A stretch of DNA of 64,000 nt from contig OZ218950.1 of NCBI GenBank assembly GCA_965112735.1, positions 3,472,001 to 3,536,000 on the forward strand. Direction: 5' to 3'. The translations under genes were made by a program, and so were the position numbers. The notes beneath the pieces were generated by a model that did not search any database, had not been told where the DNA came from, and saw only the letters and a program-made list of their open reading frames with translations. The stretch is from Phaeosaccion multiseriatum (Eukaryota > Protista > Ochrophyta, other classes). This document shows, in pieces, positions 59,875 through 64,000 of this stretch. The number at the start of each line of letters is the position of its first letter. Position 1 is the first letter of the stretch.

Positions 59875-61785
59875 ATGTGCAAGCGACCCAGAAGCGCGTT
59901 GACGGGGTCCCCCGCTCCGTGGGAGGAGAGCCCGGCGGAGGCATTCGGAGGGAAGAGAAAGAGGATAGGAAGCAATGCGAGAAATAATGACCACAGTGAT
60001 AGTACCAGCCTCTCCACCTGGAGCACCCGAAGGAGCAGCTACAGGAGGAAAGGGCCTTTGTTATGGTTAGCACTCGCCGCGTTTTTCCTTTGCGGGATTC
60101 TGTTCCACCAAGCTCTTCTTCGCGCCATTGGCATGCTTCAGCAGCAGCAGCGGGAGGACCAGCGGCAGCCACAGTCGCGAACGGACGTAAACGGTAGCTG
60201 CGGTGGAAACTGTGGGCAAGACTCTTGCCAGGTATCACGTACGAGCTCATACTTGTTGGGGGACGCAGAGGGGGCCGGGGGAATCAAGGAGTCCTTGTGA
60301 ATGAAGTCTTAACCACCCCCCCTTCCTCCCTGTTAGCGTTGGTCAATAATGGTGTCGGGTCGCTCATGGTGGCGGCTATAGAGTAGTGCGGCCTTGTTGT
60401 AGCGATGGCTGTGCAGATTGGAGTGGGGGCTGCTGGGGGGGACACTCGGCGGGGGGGGGAAGCGGGGAAGCGAGGTAGACTCTGACTTTCAACCTCCCAT
60501 CCTCCCCCTCTTGTATTGTTCGCTCGTTCGTTCTGTCCCGTTTTGACGTGCCGCGAAGAATGCGAACAGTAAGTCTGAGGAGGAGGGGAGGCCAAAGAAG
60601 CGGGGAAGAAAACGTCGAGCCCTGGCCAAGCTTCTAGGCTTCGGCAAAGACAAGGGCGAGAAAGGCGACAAAGACGGGGCAAAGGGCAAGTCCAAAAGGA
60701 AGAGAAAGGGTAGGGGTGGTGACAAGAAGAGCAAGACACAGGGAAAGGCAGTGAGCAGCTTGCAGCAGGAGCACGAGGAGCTGATAGCCGCTCTGCGGGA
60801 GCAAGTGGACGCGGTGCCCCAACTGCGGGAAAGAGCAGCGGCAGCGCACGACCCCTTCACGGACGAAACCCTCCTGCGCTTCCTCTCCGTGTCGTACTGG
60901 AAGCTGGACCGCAAGGGCACGCCTCTGCTGCAGTTCATGGAGGAGACGGTGCAGTGGAGGGAGACCTTCCGACCCTACCACATCACCGCGGACGAGGTGG
61001 TGGAGTATGGACGGAGCATGCACATGTATAGTAACGGCGTGGACCTGCAAGGGAAGCCTATTGTCTACCTAAGGATGGGCGCTTACGACTGGGCCAGTGG
61101 CAATTTCAACTCTGAGGGGTCGCTGCGGCTGCTCATGTTCACTCTGGAGACGGCCATTCGCAGCATGAAGGACGGAGTGCAGAAGTTCGCCGTGGTGGTG
61201 GATTGCACTGACTTTGGATTGTCCATGGTGAGCGAGGGAGGGTGCGAGGGAGGGAGTCGGGTTTCATGTGGGTGGGGGGGGGGGAAGGGGAATTAAGAGC
61301 ATTTATCGGCCGGCAGACCGTTCTACCCCAGCAGAAAAGCTCAGGCGTGATCGGCGGGCCGCGGGGAATTGGGGAATGAGTTTCAGTTTCTCAGACTCGA
61401 TGAGAGAGAAAAAGAAGCCCACCCCCCTGCTGTTGATTGATTGCCTCGAAACTCTTTTTTTTACCCTTTCCCCTCCCCCCTGCTGCAGGTGCCTCCCCTG
61501 GCCTACGTGAAGGAGGTGTTCGCCATCCTCATGAAGAACTACCCCATGCGCCTCGGCTACGTGCGCATCATCAACGCGCCAGGCACCATGAACTTCATTT
61601 GGAAGGTCATCTCAAAGGTGTTGGAGGAGCGCACCAAGCAAAAGATCGACTTCATCGCAAAGGGGCAGGAGGCGGTGGAGCTGACGAAGCTCATTGCAGC
61701 CGAGACATTGGAGGAGCGGCTGGGAGGCAAGCTCCCCCCAGAGAAGTACCCTACGGTGGAGTCCTTCTTTTATCCTCAAAAATAG
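59875..61785 (+). CDS. CRAL-TRIO/Sec14 lipid-binding protein; 5' exon with a transmembrane segment is tentative
   Basis: Core exons 60570-61227 and 61489-61785: DETLLRFL, ETVQWRETFRP, GVDLQGKPIVY, VVVDCTDFG, NYPMRLGYVRIINAP..IWKVI..LEERTKQKIDF, LEERLGGK. ORF 59875 can join in frame through a 60297-60569 intron. Confidence 0.8.
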
Positions 61786-62587
61786 CGTTCAAAGGCGAGA
61801 GAGGGAGAGGATATACTTTGGCAGAGTACGGTGGTGGAGGGTGGGTATGTGAAGGTTATTGCGGCGGGCAGAGAGGAGAGAGAAGGAGGGAGATGACAGC
61901 CAGGGAAGAGAGGACAGGAGAGCGAGGAAGGAGAACGAGAGCCAGGGAGGCAGCGCGGACCCGGCGGGCGGCGGAGGTGAGAAGAAGGTCTGCAGCAGCA
62001 GGTGTGAGGTGTGAGGTGTGAATGAACTGGATGCAGCAGAGAGAGATCCGGTTTGCGGCGGTGGAAGAGGGAAACGTAAACACACGACCTAGCGGTTGGG
62101 GAATGGTAGTAGAAGACTTATAGGAAACAGGAGAGGGAGAGAGGAGGGCGATAATAGGATAGAGGAAGGGGACTTTCTGCTTGAGCAAGCCTCCGCAGGG
62201 GAATGTGAATGTGGGTATATAGACACCCGGCAGATGCCTTGCAAAGCAAATCACGGCCACAAGAGAGGCGGGAAGGGGGCGTGAGAAACAACCACCTTCC
62301 TTGCTGACAAAACGCACATTCTACAACAGTATTTTATATCAACTGTATGCACAAGTATTTTCATGGGGCCTCCCCGCCTTGGGGCAGAAAAGACTTCTCT
62401 CAGTGATTAGTAAGGCCTCCCGCCGCTCCTCCAAGGCTGTCCTAAAGGGGCGGAAGGAGTTGATGACCACGCCAGCACCGCACCCGTCTCCGGCCACTGT
62501 GTGCAGGTCTGGTCGGTGTGCTCCTCCCCCCTCTTCACTTGCTCTCCGCGCTCCCCGCCTTCCCTTCACTGTGTGTCTCTCTCTCTA

Positions 62588-64000
62588 TCACGTGTCTTCG
62601 TCCTCCTCCATCTTGCGCCGGAAGGCCTGTTCCTTGTCCACTGCCCGTGCCATGGCGTCCAAGAAGGCGCCACAGGAGCAGGAGGCACGCTGCACAAAGA
62701 AAGCGTGCGCCTGAAACGGGAGTTTTCGAAGTGCCCTGCCACTCAATCCCTCCCCCTGTTCACAGATGTACAGCAGACGCGAGCCGTACTGTGCCACTAA
62801 GAGTTGCTGCTGCTCATGCTGCTGCTGCGGCTGGGGCCGCGATTGGTATTCTTCCACCGCTGTTGTCGTCGTCGTCGTTGTTGTTGTTGCTGCTACTGCG
62901 ACTGAATACTCCGGCACGGGCCTCGGAGGGTTGATGATACCAACCCGCATCAACTCATCGAGGCAGCTCCTCAAGATGACGTACCGGGCATGGCAGGAGG
63001 GTAGACCGATGTACTGCTTTACGTCGGCACGGTCGCTGCGGAGAGGGGAGGAAGGAAATGTAGAGTCATCAGCCATTTGAACACTCTCGTTCAGCGAAAC
63101 GTGACCCACACACATATGCACACACACACGCACACACACATACACACACGTACATGAAGGCGAGGTCGATAGCCTTGGAGATGTTGGAGGTACAGAGAAT
63201 GAGCACGTTCTCTCGGCTGCTGAGTGCGTCGATCTGTGTCAGCACGGCGTTGACCACTCGGATGGCGTCTGAGGGCTCATTCCCGCTCATGGCAGAGGAA
63301 CGGGCTGCCGCCAGGCTCTCCACCTCGTCGATGAGTATACACACAAGGCAGTCTTCGTCATCCGCCTGGTCGCGAATATGGTCAAATAGCTTCTGGACGA
63401 GCTTCCCGCTCTCGCTGAACCACTTGCTAAAGAGGCTGTGCGCGTTGATCTCCAGGAGCTGCGTGCTCCCGAAGCGGTGGTTGAGCCTGATGCTGAGCTT
63501 GTGTGCCAGCGCCTTGCACAGAGAGGTTTTGCCTGGGCATGCAAGTGCGTGTGAGTGCGTGCGTGCGTGCGTGTGTGTGAGTGCGTACGTGTGTGTATAT
63601 ATGTGTGTGTGAGTGCGTGTGCGCACGAGCGCGTCACAGAGAGCAGACGGAGAAAGGAGGAGTAGAAACATCCGCCCTCTGGGAGTACGGAAAGTAAGAG
63701 CCGGGCTGGAGTTCGCAGTCAAATCCGGAACAGAGTCACACTTACACCCCGGCACCGCCATTCAATAGGTCCACACGTTCGCTGCACTGACCTGTCCCCG
63801 GGGGCCCGTGCAGCATGAACACCCTATTCACGGCAATGACGTGCCGACTGACGCTCTTGTCCGAGAACAAGAGCGCCGTTGCCGCATACTCCAGCAGCTG
63901 ACGCTTGATCTCCTCCTCGATCACCAGGCTTTCCCACAGGCCCTGCAGCTCCTCTGCAGGCAGCAGCCACTGATCGCACGCGTTGACCTCTTCCCCGTCC
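62588..64000 (-). CDS. PCH2: Pachytene checkpoint AAA+ ATPase PCH2/TRIP13, 5' part outside the window
   Basis: [97 protein letters not shown]. Confidence 0.95.

Noticed and set aside
1627-63790. Introner-like family of near-identical introns
   Set aside because: Apart from the paralog pair, introns share only microsatellites; I saw no sequence-similar introns or terminal repeats by eye.

Overview
GC-rich, intron-rich eukaryotic nuclear DNA with GT-AG introns of about 80-350 bp that are packed with microsatellites. It is most likely a photosynthetic stramenopile (ochrophyte); this is inferred from an ankyrin/PH/C2-tailed myosin and from signal-peptide-led organellar proteins. About 16 spliced genes can be rebuilt by hand: a GDA1/CD39 apyrase (partial), OXA1, a bacterial-type RNase HII, a PAM2-CCCH-Smr protein, a 12.5 kb unconventional myosin, two tandem orphan paralogs, SAS-4/CPAP, an intronless PRP28/DDX23, SLC35F, an IPT/TIG-like orphan, TTC1, a secreted Pro/Ser/Thr-stalk surface protein, a PPR protein, a CRAL-TRIO protein and PCH2/TRIP13 (partial). 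Most genes sit in head-to-head pairs. The least explained signals are: (i) a ~60 bp element repeated four times in both orientations behind the tandem paralogs, two copies of which form a ~105 nt hairpin; (ii) a 97 nt four-way cloverleaf between the paralogs; (iii) intronic (GTGA)n/(TCAC)n and (GT)n/(CA)n repeats that are tandem splice-signal motifs with a positional bias; (iv) a dead DIRS/Ngaro-type tyrosine recombinase inside the longest intron; and (v) perfect inverted repeats in bidirectional promoters. Most ORFs in the supplied track are shadow frames. All exon coordinates are manual reconstructions.
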